A stretch of DNA of 64,000 nucleotides from Fibrobacteria bacterium (GCA_041746255.1 JBGTHM010000039.1:27701-91700), one strand, 5' to 3'. Positions 30,212 through 39,995 are shown, counted from the stretch's first letter. Notes: a model not told the origin generated them from the letters alone. Numbers and translations: made by a program.

Positions 30212-30388
30212 GCGGACCGGAGCCACGGTGAGGAGATTTTTCCGGCACGCTCCGCCCATTCCGCCTTGCGATACGGTTGCCGTCGCAACTCGCCCGCTCG
30301 CGGGCTCAGACAGGCGCCGGCACCCTACGCAAGGCGGGGGCTTCGCTGACGCCTGCAAAATCTCCTCACCGTGGCTCCGGCCCTCCGC
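30212..30388. repeat. About 175-nt nested palindromic (REP/MITE-like) element
   Basis: Perfect 24-bp inverted repeat at 30217-30240/30357-30380, inner 10-bp IR at 30261-30270/30328-30337, apical GCCCGC-TC-GCGGGC hairpin. Confidence 0.8.
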
Positions 30389-30436
30389 TTGGTGGTGGCT
30401 TCATCGAAGTGACCGTTTAATTCGTTGATGTCCGCC

Positions 30437-30850
30437 CTAGTTCGGGAGCCGGGGGCTTAAAACGGCATAGAGGTAGGCTCCCAATAAGGCTCCGCCCAAG
30501 GTGATGAATGCGGCTGATTCTCCGGCTCCGATTTGCGCGTAAATCGGTCCGGGGCAGGCTCCGGTGATAAACCAACCCAAACCGAACAGAAATCCTCCCA
30601 GAAATGTTCCTTTGTTCAGCGGCTTTTTCGGAATAATGATTTCCTCGCCGGTCACCGATCGGAGATGGAATTTTTTCAGTAGCCATATGGATAGCATGCC
30701 GGTTACCACGGCGGACCCGATGATGAGGTACAAATCGGGTTCACGGAAATAGAACATGTCGCGAATGCGAAACCAGGAAACCACCTCGGATTTGGTAAGC
30801 ACCACGCCGAAGTAGACGCCGAAAAGCAGAAACTTGAAATAGCCTAGCAT
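30437..30850 (-). CDS. YeeE/YedE-family sulfur transporter subunit
   Basis: GGFLFGLGWFITGACPGP motif and TM segments. Confidence 0.88.
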   Translation of the reverse strand: MLGYFKFLLFGVYFGVVLTKSEVVSWFRIRDMFYFREPDLYLIIGSAVVTGMLSIWLLKKFHLRSVTGEEIIIPKKPLNKGTFLGGFLFGLGWFITGACPGPIYAQIGAGESAAFITLGGALLGAYLYAVLSPRLPN

Positions 30851-30871
30851 AAAATATCTCCTAACGGTAAA

Positions 30872-31354
30872 TCAGAAAAAAAGCATGGCGATTAAGGCCG
30901 CGGTGAGTCCGCCGGCAAAAAAGGAAAGGGTGGCGTAAAGACTGACCGATTGCAAAGTGGACAACCCGAAAATGGTATGGCCGGATGTGCAGCCGCCGGC
31001 ATAACGGGTTCCGAAGCCCACCAGCACTCCGCCGGCCAGAAGCTGCAAATACCCTTTCACCGAATAATAGTGGTCGGGAAGCAGCTGAGGTCTTTGCGCG
31101 GAGAGCAAATAGGCGGCGACGAAACCGCCGATCACCAGCCCCGCTACGAATACCAGGTTCCAAATCTCTGCGCGCCAGTCGTGGTCCCGTAAATACTTGG
31201 CCTTGCTGCGCGGCAGCGCGATGGCGCATACATGCCGGAAGCTGCTGGAAATGCCCAAGGCTTTATTGGTCAAGAGTAGCATTAGCGGAACGGTCAGCCC
31301 TATCAAGGGTCCAGCCACATACCAAGGCCAAGTTCCGAAGGGAAAATTTTCCAT
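30872..31354 (-). CDS. YeeE/YedE-family sulfur transporter subunit
   Basis: [17 protein letters not shown] and [14 protein letters not shown] motifs. Confidence 0.92.
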   Translation of the reverse strand: MENFPFGTWPWYVAGPLIGLTVPLMLLLTNKALGISSSFRHVCAIALPRSKAKYLRDHDWRAEIWNLVFVAGLVIGGFVAAYLLSAQRPQLLPDHYYSVKGYLQLLAGGVLVGFGTRYAGGCTSGHTIFGLSTLQSVSLYATLSFFAGGLTAALIAMLFF

Positions 31355-31366
31355 GTTGTGTCTCCT

Positions 31367-32764
31367 TTATCTTTCCTTGTCGTCAATGGCCAATCCGGCC
31401 TCTGCATAGGCATTCATGCCGCCCCTGACATCGGATACGTCGGTTAAACCCAGTCGGCGTAAGAGGCTGACCGCGATTAGCGAACGATATCCGCTGGCGC
31501 AATGGACGGCGATGGTTTTGTCTTTGGGAAGGCGTATCGATTCTTTCTCCAGATTGTTCAGGGAGATGAAATCGGTGCCGGGGATGCGGGAACGGCTTCG
31601 TTCACCTGGACGGCGCACGTCCAGAACCAGGTTGCGCTCCCCCTCGCGTATCAATGATGGGACCTGGGAGGGTTCTAGCCGACGAAGAGTCGTTATGGGG
31701 AAGCCCGCTTGCTTCCAGGCCTCGATTCCGCCCTTGAGATAACCCGCCACCGAATCATAACCGATGCGTGCGCATCGGATTGCGGCTTCCTCTTCGCGAC
31801 CTTCATCGCACAGGAACAGCAGTGGTTCTCCTTTCGGCACCAAGGTTCCTACCCAGCCGGCAAATTGCCCGTCCAGTCCGATATAGACGGCACCGGGAAT
31901 GGTCGCTTCCGCAAAGGCTTCCGCTGACCGGGTGTCGATAAGCAGCGAGCCTTGTTGCATGGCATCCTTGATTTCCCCGGGCGCGAAGGGGCGCATGCCG
32001 TCTACCACCTCCTCCAGGCTTTTGGCTCCGGCTCGATTGAGCAGCACATCCTCGGAAAAGTATTTGGGTGCGTCCGGCAAATCGGTGGTTACCAGCTCAA
32101 TGAATTTATCCCGAGACATTGGCTGCAAGGCGTAATTGGAGCGAAGCTCCTCTCCGATGGTCGTGAATTCCGCGCTGCCGATATTGCGGCCGCAGGCGGA
32201 ACCCGCGCCATGCGCCGGGTATACCCGGGTATCGGGGGGCAGGGTCTTGATTTTGTTTTGCAGGGAGTCGTAGAGCATGGAAGCCAGTTCCGCGGCGCTC
32301 ATGCGGGCTCCGAGCAAGTCGGGTCGGCCCACTTCACCTACGAAAAGCGTGTCGCCCGAAAAAAGCACAGCCGGTTCCTCCGGTGCTCGCTTGTCTTTCA
32401 CCACATAGCAGACGCTTTCGGGAGTATGTCCCGGTGTTTGCAATACCGTGATCCCGATATTCGTTCCCAGCAGCAAAACGTCGCCTTCGTTTACGACCTT
32501 ATGCTTGACCATCACACCTGATTGGGCCCCATATACCGTTTCGGCTCCGGTGCGCTCGGCGAGTTCCCGGTAACCCGATACGAAATCGGCATGCACATGG
32601 GTTTCCAATACGTATTTGAGCTTGAGCCCCTCTGTTTCGAGTATCCGGATATAGTGGTCGACGTCGCGCTGGGGATCCACCACGGCGGCTTCCCGTGATT
32701 CGTCGTCCGCGAAAAGGTAGGAACCATGGGCCAGGCATTTTAAAAAGTACTTGTGCAAAATCAT
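31367..32764 (-). CDS. MBL-fold persulfide dioxygenase-like protein fused to two rhodanese domains (CstB-like)
   Basis: [34 protein letters not shown] and C-terminal CASGYRS motifs. Confidence 0.93.
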   Translation of the reverse strand: MILHKYFLKCLAHGSYLFADDESREAAVVDPQRDVDHYIRILETEGLKLKYVLETHVHADFVSGYRELAERTGAETVYGAQSGVMVKHKVVNEGDVLLLGTNIGITVLQTPGHTPESVCYVVKDKRAPEEPAVLFSGDTLFVGEVGRPDLLGARMSAAELASMLYDSLQNKIKTLPPDTRVYPAHGAGSACGRNIGSAEFTTIGEELRSNYALQPMSRDKFIELVTTDLPDAPKYFSEDVLLNRAGAKSLEEVVDGMRPFAPGEIKDAMQQGSLLIDTRSAEAFAEATIPGAVYIGLDGQFAGWVGTLVPKGEPLLFLCDEGREEEAAIRCARIGYDSVAGYLKGGIEAWKQAGFPITTLRRLEPSQVPSLIREGERNLVLDVRRPGERSRSRIPGTDFISLNNLEKESIRLPKDKTIAVHCASGYRSLIAVSLLRRLGLTDVSDVRGGMNAYAEAGLAIDDKER

Positions 32765-32801
32765 TTCGCACTCCCTTCCAGTTTGGTTGTCGGTGTGATA
32801 A

Positions 32802-33605
32802 TCATGTGAGTATTTCCCAAATTAGAACGGCCAATCCGAAGAAAAACAGAAACACACCGAAATAGAGCTGCAGCCTCTTTCCGGAAATCATGCGGCATAG
32901 CCGGGACCCCAAAGCCACGCCCAAGGCCGAAAGGGTCGTGAAAAGGAGGAGAAAACTCCAATCCATTTCGGGTAGCACGCTAAGATCGCCTGCGAATCCC
33001 ACCAACGATTTCGCGGCAATGATGGCCAGCGAGGTTCCCACGGCTTTTTCCATTGTGAGCCCGGTGAAAAGCACCAAGGCGGGCACAATGAGAAATCCGC
33101 CTCCGGCACCGAGAAATCCAGTCACGGCTCCGATGAAGAGTCCTTCGGCCATGATCAGGGAATAACGCGTCGCGGGCTTGGGCGGAAGTCCTGGAACGGG
33201 GGGCGGACGCCTAGCGTCCCGGATGAGGGAAACCGCCGCGGCCACCATCATTATGGCGAAGGCCAGCATTATCAAATCGTCTTTGGTCAGAAAATAATTT
33301 TGCGATTGCCAAATCATGTCGGGAAGATCGTGGATAACGTATTTTCGTACTACGAAAACTCCCACCAAAGAGGGAAGGGAAAATAATAAGGCGGTGCGGG
33401 AGTCAAGGCGGCCATGCCGGAATTGATAAACCGCACCGAAAAGACCGGTTATGCCTACGATGAACAGCGAATACGAGGTTGCCAGGAGCGGGGTAATTCC
33501 CAGCGCATAGACGAAAACCGGAACCGTAAGAATGGAGCCGCCGCTTCCCGTCATCCCCATCACGAGTCCGATTATCAAGGCTGCGACAATCGTTGATACT
33601 TCCAC
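32802..33605 (-). CDS. TauE/SafE-family sulfite exporter
   Basis: GSGGSILTVP, GAGGGFLIVP and AVGTSL motifs; multiple TM segments. Confidence 0.93.
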   Translation of the reverse strand: MEVSTIVAALIIGLVMGMTGSGGSILTVPVFVYALGITPLLATSYSLFIVGITGLFGAVYQFRHGRLDSRTALLFSLPSLVGVFVVRKYVIHDLPDMIWQSQNYFLTKDDLIMLAFAIMMVAAAVSLIRDARRPPPVPGLPPKPATRYSLIMAEGLFIGAVTGFLGAGGGFLIVPALVLFTGLTMEKAVGTSLAIIAAKSLVGFAGDLSVLPEMDWSFLLLFTTLSALGVALGSRLCRMISGKRLQLYFGVFLFFFGLAVLIWEILT

Positions 33606-33663
33606 TTCCCTTACTCACTTCTTTCTGGACGCGTAAAAACGGCACCAACGTTCACTAGAAATA

Positions 33664-33693
33664 TACATTAGAATATAATAATAAACTAATATA
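33664..33693. promoter_or_regulatory. Putative ArsR/BigR-type operator
   Basis: AT-rich imperfect inverted repeat TACATTAGAATAT-aata-ATAAACTAATATA (10 of 13 positions pair) between arsR and tauE. Confidence 0.55.
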
Positions 33694-33714
33694 AAGGCCC
33701 GGGTTTAGGGATGA

Positions 33715-34014
33715 TTAACAATACAGGTCTTGGAGGGCTGAAACGAATTTGAGGACTTGGGTGTTGCTGACCCGATAGAAAATCTGGTTGGCCTCGCGTC
33801 GGGTTTCCAGCAAACCCTGTCGTTTTAAAATGGCCAAGTGCTGGGACAGGTTGCTTTGGCTGATTCCTAACAGTTTTTCCAGCTCTCCCACCGATTTCTC
33901 GCCCTTACCTATAAAGCAAATGGCCAACAACCGGGTTTGATGCGCCAAGGCCTTGAGGCCGTCCGCGGCTTTTTCCGCCCTGGGGATAAGTTGATCGAGA
34001 GATTTGGTGGCCAT
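33715..34014 (-). CDS. ArsR/SmtB regulator, BigR/SqrR/YgaV-type (persulfide sensing)
   Basis: LKALAHQTRLLAIC, SQSNLSQHL HTH and C-terminal LYC give the two-Cys pattern. ATG at 34014 preferred. Confidence 0.92.
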   Translation of the reverse strand: MATKSLDQLIPRAEKAADGLKALAHQTRLLAICFIGKGEKSVGELEKLLGISQSNLSQHLAILKRQGLLETRREANQIFYRVSNTQVLKFVSALQDLYC

Positions 34015-34129
34015 GCCTTCAATATAGATAGTGGAATACGACCCTGTCGGCACGTCGGTGCCAAAATGACAGCAATTGCCGCATGGGTCCGGGGAGGTGG
34101 AAGCGATGAATCTGTAATATGTTATACCC

Positions 34130-35242
34130 GTGCAACCTGGAACCGCCTTTTCCCTGAATTCCCTGATCGAAAAAGCCGTTTTCCAAACGGAGTACGCCAT
34201 CAATTTGACCAATATTTCGGGCGAATTGTTGATGGTGAATCGGGCTTATCTTCAATTGTACAAATTCGATTCCGAAGCGGAGATCATCGGAAAAAAGCAG
34301 AACATCATCAAATCTCCACAGACATCCGCTACGGTTTACCGGAATATGTGGGAGACCATCATGTCGGGCGCAGTTTGGAAGGGCGAGCTTACGAATCGAG
34401 CCCATGATGGAAGCGATGTCTTCATTCATCTCACCATTTCACCCGTAATTGAGGATGGCCAAATCATCGCCTTCATGGGTTTGTCGCTGGATCGTCGCCA
34501 GCAAATCATCCTGGAGAGGCAACTTTTCCAGGCCAACAAGCTTGTGCTTTTACATGAATTGGGAACTGGTCTGGCCCATGAATTGAACAATCCTTTGACG
34601 AGCCTTCTGCTGGAAACGGATTATCTCACGGAGGAAATGGGAAATGCTTCAAGCGAGCAGCGGGAAAGTCATATGCGGCAAGCGGTTGCGAATATCCAAT
34701 CTGGGGTAAAACGCATCAAAAAAATGACCGGGCAATTGCTGGAATATTCCAACTCCAATAATTCCCACGACTTGGAAATCGTGGGAATTGCCGAGGTGAT
34801 CCAGGATAGCCGGCTGCTTTTAGACGGACGGTTGGATTCGGCGAAGATTAGCGTAGAAACCACCGTGGATTCCGCGCTGGAAGTCTGCGCGAGCCGGGTT
34901 CACCTGCGTTCGGTATTCCAAGGCCTATTCACCAATTCGCTGGATGCTTTTTTGGGATCATCCGTGGAGGAAAAAAGGATTCGAATCTCAGCCAAAGCCC
35001 TGGATAATGGTTGCCTGGAAATCCATTTCCAGGATAATGCGGGGGGTATGCCGGAAGCGGTGGCCTTGCAGGTTTTCGATCCCTTTTTCACTACTCGAAA
35101 AGACCGGAACCATTCGGGATTGGGCCTTACCTTGGCCCGCAAAATCATAGGCGATCATGGAGGTAAAATCACCGCGCTTTCCAGCGATGGTTGGACCACC
35201 ATGCACATAGACTTGCCCCAATCGGTTTCCCATAAGCCCTAG
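34130..35242 (+). CDS. Soluble PAS histidine kinase (copy 2, paralog of 25667..26803)
   Basis: EKAVFQTEYAINLT PAS, LAHELNNPL, DNAGG and FDPFFTT...GLGL motifs. Confidence 0.94.
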   Translation: MQPGTAFSLNSLIEKAVFQTEYAINLTNISGELLMVNRAYLQLYKFDSEAEIIGKKQNIIKSPQTSATVYRNMWETIMSGAVWKGELTNRAHDGSDVFIHLTISPVIEDGQIIAFMGLSLDRRQQIILERQLFQANKLVLLHELGTGLAHELNNPLTSLLLETDYLTEEMGNASSEQRESHMRQAVANIQSGVKRIKKMTGQLLEYSNSNNSHDLEIVGIAEVIQDSRLLLDGRLDSAKISVETTVDSALEVCASRVHLRSVFQGLFTNSLDAFLGSSVEEKRIRISAKALDNGCLEIHFQDNAGGMPEAVALQVFDPFFTTRKDRNHSGLGLTLARKIIGDHGGKITALSSDGWTTMHIDLPQSVSHKP

Positions 35243-35390
35243 TCATCAGACGGGGTCGGTGATAGCGGCGCTTCCTTGTTTTACTGGCAGAATCGCGTGT
35301 CAATTCGACAACGCTTCGGATCATCCTGGTCCAATTCCGGCGACGTGCTGAGAAATATTCGGTTATCGCGGGATTCCATCCCTCAAAATC

Positions 35391-35406
35391 AGGTACGGTT
35401 GTTGCT
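35391..35406 (+). promoter_or_regulatory. Sigma54 -24/-12 promoter
   Basis: AGGTACGGTTGTTGCT (GG-N10-GC), with TGTCAATTCGACA about 80 nt upstream (35298-35310). Confidence 0.6.
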
Positions 35407-35412
35407 TACCTG

Positions 35413-35748
35413 ATGTCTATGACTATCCCCGATAACCTCCCACCTTGCGGCGGATCGCATAAATTTCCTTCTCCCGGAATCCATATCCTCGAAGACACGA
35501 TGGGATGGCAGGTGGATATAGCCTGGAAGGGTTTCATCCTGGAAGATTTCACAGTTGAGGTTTCGGAAGATTCGATTGGTTTGCGTGGACGCATTTGCGT
35601 GGCGCGAAAGCCGGAATCCAATCCGCGTGACCCTGATTGGAAGGGGAGTTTTTACCGCAAACTGGGTTTAAACGGAAGGCCCGATAAAGCCACCGTCCGC
35701 ATTGAGGCCCAAGAAAACAGCTATCGTATTTTCATTGCGAGAGCTTAA
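35413..35748 (+). CDS. Divergent Hsp20/alpha-crystallin-like small protein
   Basis: EDFTVEVSEDSIGLRG...GSFYRKLGL resembles the Hsp20 core. Start at 35413 or 35419. Confidence 0.55.
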   Translation: MSMTIPDNLPPCGGSHKFPSPGIHILEDTMGWQVDIAWKGFILEDFTVEVSEDSIGLRGRICVARKPESNPRDPDWKGSFYRKLGLNGRPDKATVRIEAQENSYRIFIARA

Positions 35749-35767
35749 GCATCGCGTCGGGTGCGTC

Positions 35768-38536
35768 CTAGGCTACCAAACGCGCCCGTATCACCTTGAA
35801 GATTTCCATTACCGCGATAATGCCCAGAGACAGGCCCAGCACATAAAGCCACTCATTGAAAGCGATGGGTTCGATCCGCAGCACATTCTGCATGAAGGGA
35901 ATGTGCATGGATGCGATATGCAATAGCTGTGCGGCTACCACCGCCACCGGCAGAAAGATATTCCGTTTAAAGGGGATACGAAAAATGGAAAGGGTTTCGG
36001 AACGGCAGTTGAAGACATGCGCATTTTCCAGCAGAACCATGAAAAGCAAAAGTATATTGCGTGCGGACGACTCGTCCATCCCCACAACATTGAGAAGGTA
36101 ATACCAGAGCAGCGAAGCCGTGGCGCCCATGACGAGGCCGGACAGGGCGACTTGCTGGATCATAAGCGAGTTGAAAATACCTTCGCTGGGACGACGGGGC
36201 GGTCGTTGCATGGCGCCGGGTTCGCCTCCCTCAAAGGCCAGCGCCACATGCTGTATGCCGTTGGTAACCAAATTGAGCCACAGCAATTGCACGGCGAAAA
36301 GCGGAATGGGCAAGCCGGCCATTACGGTCAGGATGAAAAGAGCTAATTCGGCGGCGCCGGTGGACACCAGCAGGTAAATCACCTTTCGCACGTTGTCGTA
36401 TGCGAATCGGCCTTCTTCGATTCCCGAAACGATGGAGGTGAAATTGTCGTCGGTGACGATGATGGAGGCTACGTCCTTGGCGACATCGGTTCCCGATCCC
36501 ATGGCCACTCCGATGTTGGCCTTGCGTAAGGCCGGAGCGTCGTTGACTCCGTCACCGGTAACAGCCACGAAATGGCCGGCATCCACCAGGGAGCCGACGA
36601 TTTGTTGTTTTTGTAAAGGAGACACCCGCGCATATACTTTGGCGGGAACCGCTCGTCCATTTATCATCCGTAGCGGTTCCATGGATTCACCGGAGACAAC
36701 CCATTCTTCATCCTCGGCAATGCCTATTTCGCGGGCTATCGCCAGGGCCGTGATGGGATGGTCCCCCGTCACCATGGATACGGCCACTCCCGCCGCGTGG
36801 CATTTTTCCACTGCGTCCCTTACTTCGGGTTTAACCGGATCGATGAAAGCGACTAAGCCCAACAAGGTCAGATTCTCAAGCGAGGCTTCGTTCCACCCTT
36901 CGGCTTTGGCTGGGTCCAAATCCCCGTCCGCAATAGCCAAAACCCGGTATCCATTGGCGGCAAGCCCTTGCACCACTTCGAAAATCGCGGTTTCATCGAT
37001 GGTTTCCAATCCGTTGTCGGTCAGCATGGAGCCACAGAAGCTGACGATGGTTTCCGCCGCTCCTTTTACGACAACCCGAATATTGCCGGATTCCCGATAA
37101 AACCGCGCCGAGTATTTGGTTTCCGATTCAAAAGGAATTTCCCCGACCGTTTCCACCGCCTGCATTTCTGTTTCGGGGTGGAAGCCCATCTTATACCCCA
37201 AAGCCAGCAGGGCGACATCCATGGGATCCCCCTGGTGGTTCCAAACGTCTCCCGCAAAACGCAATTGCGACTCATTGCAGATTATGCCGGCTTTAACCAA
37301 CCTTTGCAGGCGTTGACGGGATTGGGGAGTAATGGCGGAATCGTCGTTGTCATCACCATTGGAAAGGGTGACTTCACCTTGACCGGAGTAACCTTGTCCC
37401 GAGACGCGATAACGTTCGCCGCACGGCAGGTGAATGAGTTTCACCGTTTGCTGGTTGACGGTAAGCGTGCCGGTTTTGTCGCTGGCGATTACCGTGCAGC
37501 TCCCCAGGCTTTCCACGGCTGTGAGACGCCTGACTATCACGTTTCGCTTGGCCATTCGGGTCGAGGCGATGGATAGCACGATGGTCAATGCCACCGGAAG
37601 ACCTTCCGGGATGGCGGCGACGGCTAACGCCACCGAAAGAATAAAAACGTCTTGCAGGGAATTCCCCTTCATGAGCAGAATGGCTGCCAAGATAACGCAT
37701 GCTCCCAAAATGATATAGCTGATTTGGGTGGCGAATTTTTCCATTCGCTGCACCAGCGGTGTTTTAGTCGCCGCCGATACGCTCACCGCATTGGCAATAT
37801 GGCCTACTTCGGTTTGCGCTCCGGTGGCCACTACAATACCCCGGCCGCGGCCGATGGATACCGTAGTTCCGGCATACGCCATATTTTTCCTCTCGCTCAA
37901 CGGTTTATCCCCGCTGATTGGGTCGGCTTTTTTTTCCGAAGCGACCGATTCTCCGGTAAGTATGGACTCGTCAATGCTGAGGTTGGATGTCTGCAACAAA
38001 CGGATATCGGCGGGAACGCGATTGCCCGATTCCAATCGCACCAAGTCGCCGGGCACCAGTTCCTCGGCGGGAATATTGAATTCTTGTCCTCCACGGATCA
38101 CCCTCGCGGTTATCCGCAGGAGTTGTTGCAAGGCCAAAGCGCTTTTTTCCGCCTTCCACTCTTGACCGGTACCGATGGCGGCATTCAGGAGTATCACAAC
38201 GAGGATGAAAAGGGCGTCGGTTATTTCACCCATGGCGAGGGATACAACGGCCGCGACCAGCAGGATATAAATGAGGGGGCTGCGGAATTGGCTCAGGACG
38301 ATCATCATCAGGGTAGGCGGCGGCTTGGAGGGTAGCCTGTTGGGGCCATGTTCTTTGAGTCTTTTGCCCGCCTCGGGGCTGTCCAGCCCTTCGGGAGTGA
38401 GCTTCAGGTTTTTCCGAAGTTCAGCTTCAGTCAAAGCATGCCAAGTTGAAACGATGGAAGCGGCAACATTCGGTTTCATTACTGTTCCTAGGGAATCCAA
38501 GAAAGCGGTGAGTCGTTTTTCAGCGGATAACTTCAA
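35768..38536 (-). CDS. Cation-transporting P-type ATPase (P2A, Ca2+/CtpF-like)
   Basis: TGES, IPEGL, SDKTGT, KGA, TGD, GDGVNDAPAL and LWLNLVTNG motifs. Confidence 0.96.
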   Translation of the reverse strand: MKLSAEKRLTAFLDSLGTVMKPNVAASIVSTWHALTEAELRKNLKLTPEGLDSPEAGKRLKEHGPNRLPSKPPPTLMMIVLSQFRSPLIYILLVAAVVSLAMGEITDALFILVVILLNAAIGTGQEWKAEKSALALQQLLRITARVIRGGQEFNIPAEELVPGDLVRLESGNRVPADIRLLQTSNLSIDESILTGESVASEKKADPISGDKPLSERKNMAYAGTTVSIGRGRGIVVATGAQTEVGHIANAVSVSAATKTPLVQRMEKFATQISYIILGACVILAAILLMKGNSLQDVFILSVALAVAAIPEGLPVALTIVLSIASTRMAKRNVIVRRLTAVESLGSCTVIASDKTGTLTVNQQTVKLIHLPCGERYRVSGQGYSGQGEVTLSNGDDNDDSAITPQSRQRLQRLVKAGIICNESQLRFAGDVWNHQGDPMDVALLALGYKMGFHPETEMQAVETVGEIPFESETKYSARFYRESGNIRVVVKGAAETIVSFCGSMLTDNGLETIDETAIFEVVQGLAANGYRVLAIADGDLDPAKAEGWNEASLENLTLLGLVAFIDPVKPEVRDAVEKCHAAGVAVSMVTGDHPITALAIAREIGIAEDEEWVVSGESMEPLRMINGRAVPAKVYARVSPLQKQQIVGSLVDAGHFVAVTGDGVNDAPALRKANIGVAMGSGTDVAKDVASIIVTDDNFTSIVSGIEEGRFAYDNVRKVIYLLVSTGAAELALFILTVMAGLPIPLFAVQLLWLNLVTNGIQHVALAFEGGEPGAMQRPPRRPSEGIFNSLMIQQVALSGLVMGATASLLWYYLLNVVGMDESSARNILLLFMVLLENAHVFNCRSETLSIFRIPFKRNIFLPVAVVAAQLLHIASMHIPFMQNVLRIEPIAFNEWLYVLGLSLGIIAVMEIFKVIRARLVA

Positions 38537-39437
38537 CGCTGCAGGGCGCGTACATGGCCAGGGACAGGGAGACGCTTCCTAGGAAAAACCGTTCCACTCC
38601 GCTTAAACCGCGGGTGCCTACGAAAATACAATCGGCGCCCCAACTCTGCGCTTCGTGAAGCAATACCTGGCGTGGATCGCCGGATTTCACCTCCGTCGAC
38701 ACATGGGACATCGAGGAACTAACGGGTTCGGCAATGGATTCTACCATGCGCGTGAGCCAATCCCGATCGTTCTCATCTTTTTCATGGATCCAATCCGATG
38801 CGATTCCGGAAAAGGGCGAAGGGTGGGGGAGGTCGATATCGGCGACTGCGAGTATACGGGCGGAAGCGTCTTGGGGCCAGGACCGGGATGCCACGACGCG
38901 TGTCGTTTCCAGCGAATCCGGTGATCCGTCCACACCTACAATCAGCCGCAAGGGCGTATCGGAAATGGCCTCGGATCCGCGAGCTATTCGCACCGAACAG
39001 GGAGCATGGGTCAATACTTTGTGGGAGACGCTTCCCAAGGCTATTCTTCCCAAGGCTCCGCGGCCATGCGATCCCAGTACAATCAAATCCGGTTTCCATT
39101 CATCCGCATATTTGAGAATTCCCCAAGCGGGAACATCGGCCTTGACCTGTTTTACCACCTTCCAATCGGGAAAGTGGGTAAGGACGAAAGCTTCCGCCTC
39201 GCCGGCGATTTGTTCCGCCTCGGCCATCAAGGTGGCAACCCTCAGCTTGGATTTTTCCGTCAATTGCCGGGTATACTCCGAAGTGAAAAAACTCTCCTTT
39301 CCCGTAGGCGGAGGTATGAAAACATCCGCATAGGAAAGTACGGTCAATTCAGACTTCGGGGGCATTCCCGCCCGCGTTAAATCGGCAAGCGCCGTCTTCG
39401 AGGAGGAAGAGCCATCGTAGGCGAGTAGAATTCTCAT
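38520..39437 (-). CDS. Universal stress protein (tandem USP domains)
   Basis: ILLAYDGS...DLIVLGSHGRG..LGSVS; second domain VGVDGS...GTRG...LGSVS. Confidence 0.94.
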   Translation of the reverse strand: MRILLAYDGSSSSKTALADLTRAGMPPKSELTVLSYADVFIPPPTGKESFFTSEYTRQLTEKSKLRVATLMAEAEQIAGEAEAFVLTHFPDWKVVKQVKADVPAWGILKYADEWKPDLIVLGSHGRGALGRIALGSVSHKVLTHAPCSVRIARGSEAISDTPLRLIVGVDGSPDSLETTRVVASRSWPQDASARILAVADIDLPHPSPFSGIASDWIHEKDENDRDWLTRMVESIAEPVSSSMSHVSTEVKSGDPRQVLLHEAQSWGADCIFVGTRGLSGVERFFLGSVSLSLAMYAPCSVEVIR

Positions 39438-39514
39438 GGTTACTCACTTATCCTTTCTGCGTTGGTATTTACGCATCATCGAGGAAAAGTAGTTATCTAA
39501 CCACCTCAATCCTG

Positions 39515-39703
39515 TTATCGTTCCGAATCCAAACCGGAAACCCGGGTAGCGTCCCTGTCATGGATATCCTGAATTTCCTTTTTATGCTTTTCCAGGATTT
39601 CCAACAAGTGCTTGGCGGGATAATCACCTAACTCGCCTTGAGGCTGAATCTGATCCAAATCGATTTCCGGTTCTTTTTCGGATTTTTTAAAAAAGTCGAA
39701 CAT
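39515..39703 (-). CDS. Small acidic hypothetical protein (62 aa)
   Basis: MFDFFKKSEKEPE... with a strong GGAGGTG RBS. First gene after a sigma54 promoter. Confidence 0.7.
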   Translation of the reverse strand: MFDFFKKSEKEPEIDLDQIQPQGELGDYPAKHLLEILEKHKKEIQDIHDRDATRVSGLDSER

Positions 39704-39751
39704 AATGACACCTCCTGGTTTGGTGCCTTCGCACCTGCCGCTAAACATTAA

Positions 39752-39767
39752 AGCAAAGCCCGTGCCC
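39752..39767 (-). promoter_or_regulatory. Sigma54 -24/-12 promoter of the small protein-usp-ATPase operon
   Basis: Minus strand reads GGGCACGGGCTTTGCT (GG-N10-GC with GGCACG core). Confidence 0.75.
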
Positions 39768-39828
39768 TTCAGTTTGGGGCAATTCATGCTTAAAATGGCC
39801 AATGATTCTCAAATTCCCCCGAGGGAAT

Positions 39829-39870
39829 GGACAAAATGACAAACTATGTGTATAAAATGCCAAAATGACA
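39829..39870. promoter_or_regulatory. Putative bEBP upstream activating sites (pair)
   Basis: GGACAAAATGACA (39829) and TGCCAAAATGACA (39858), 29 bp apart. Confidence 0.62.
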
Positions 39871-39995
39871 CATGGACGGGGAGAGGGTAATTTTCCCTAT
39901 TGAATTGGAAATTTGGGAGTTCCTTTATTTCTTCGGCTAAGGCTATATTCTAAGGGTCAATTTTGCGTTATACTCCCTATTAAAGGAGAAATAGG

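Noticed and set aside
34015..34212. Cys-rich N-terminal extension of ArsR (PCGNCCH)
   Set aside because: It overlaps the divergent kinase start and regulatory DNA; the ~100-aa ArsR begins at ATG 34014.
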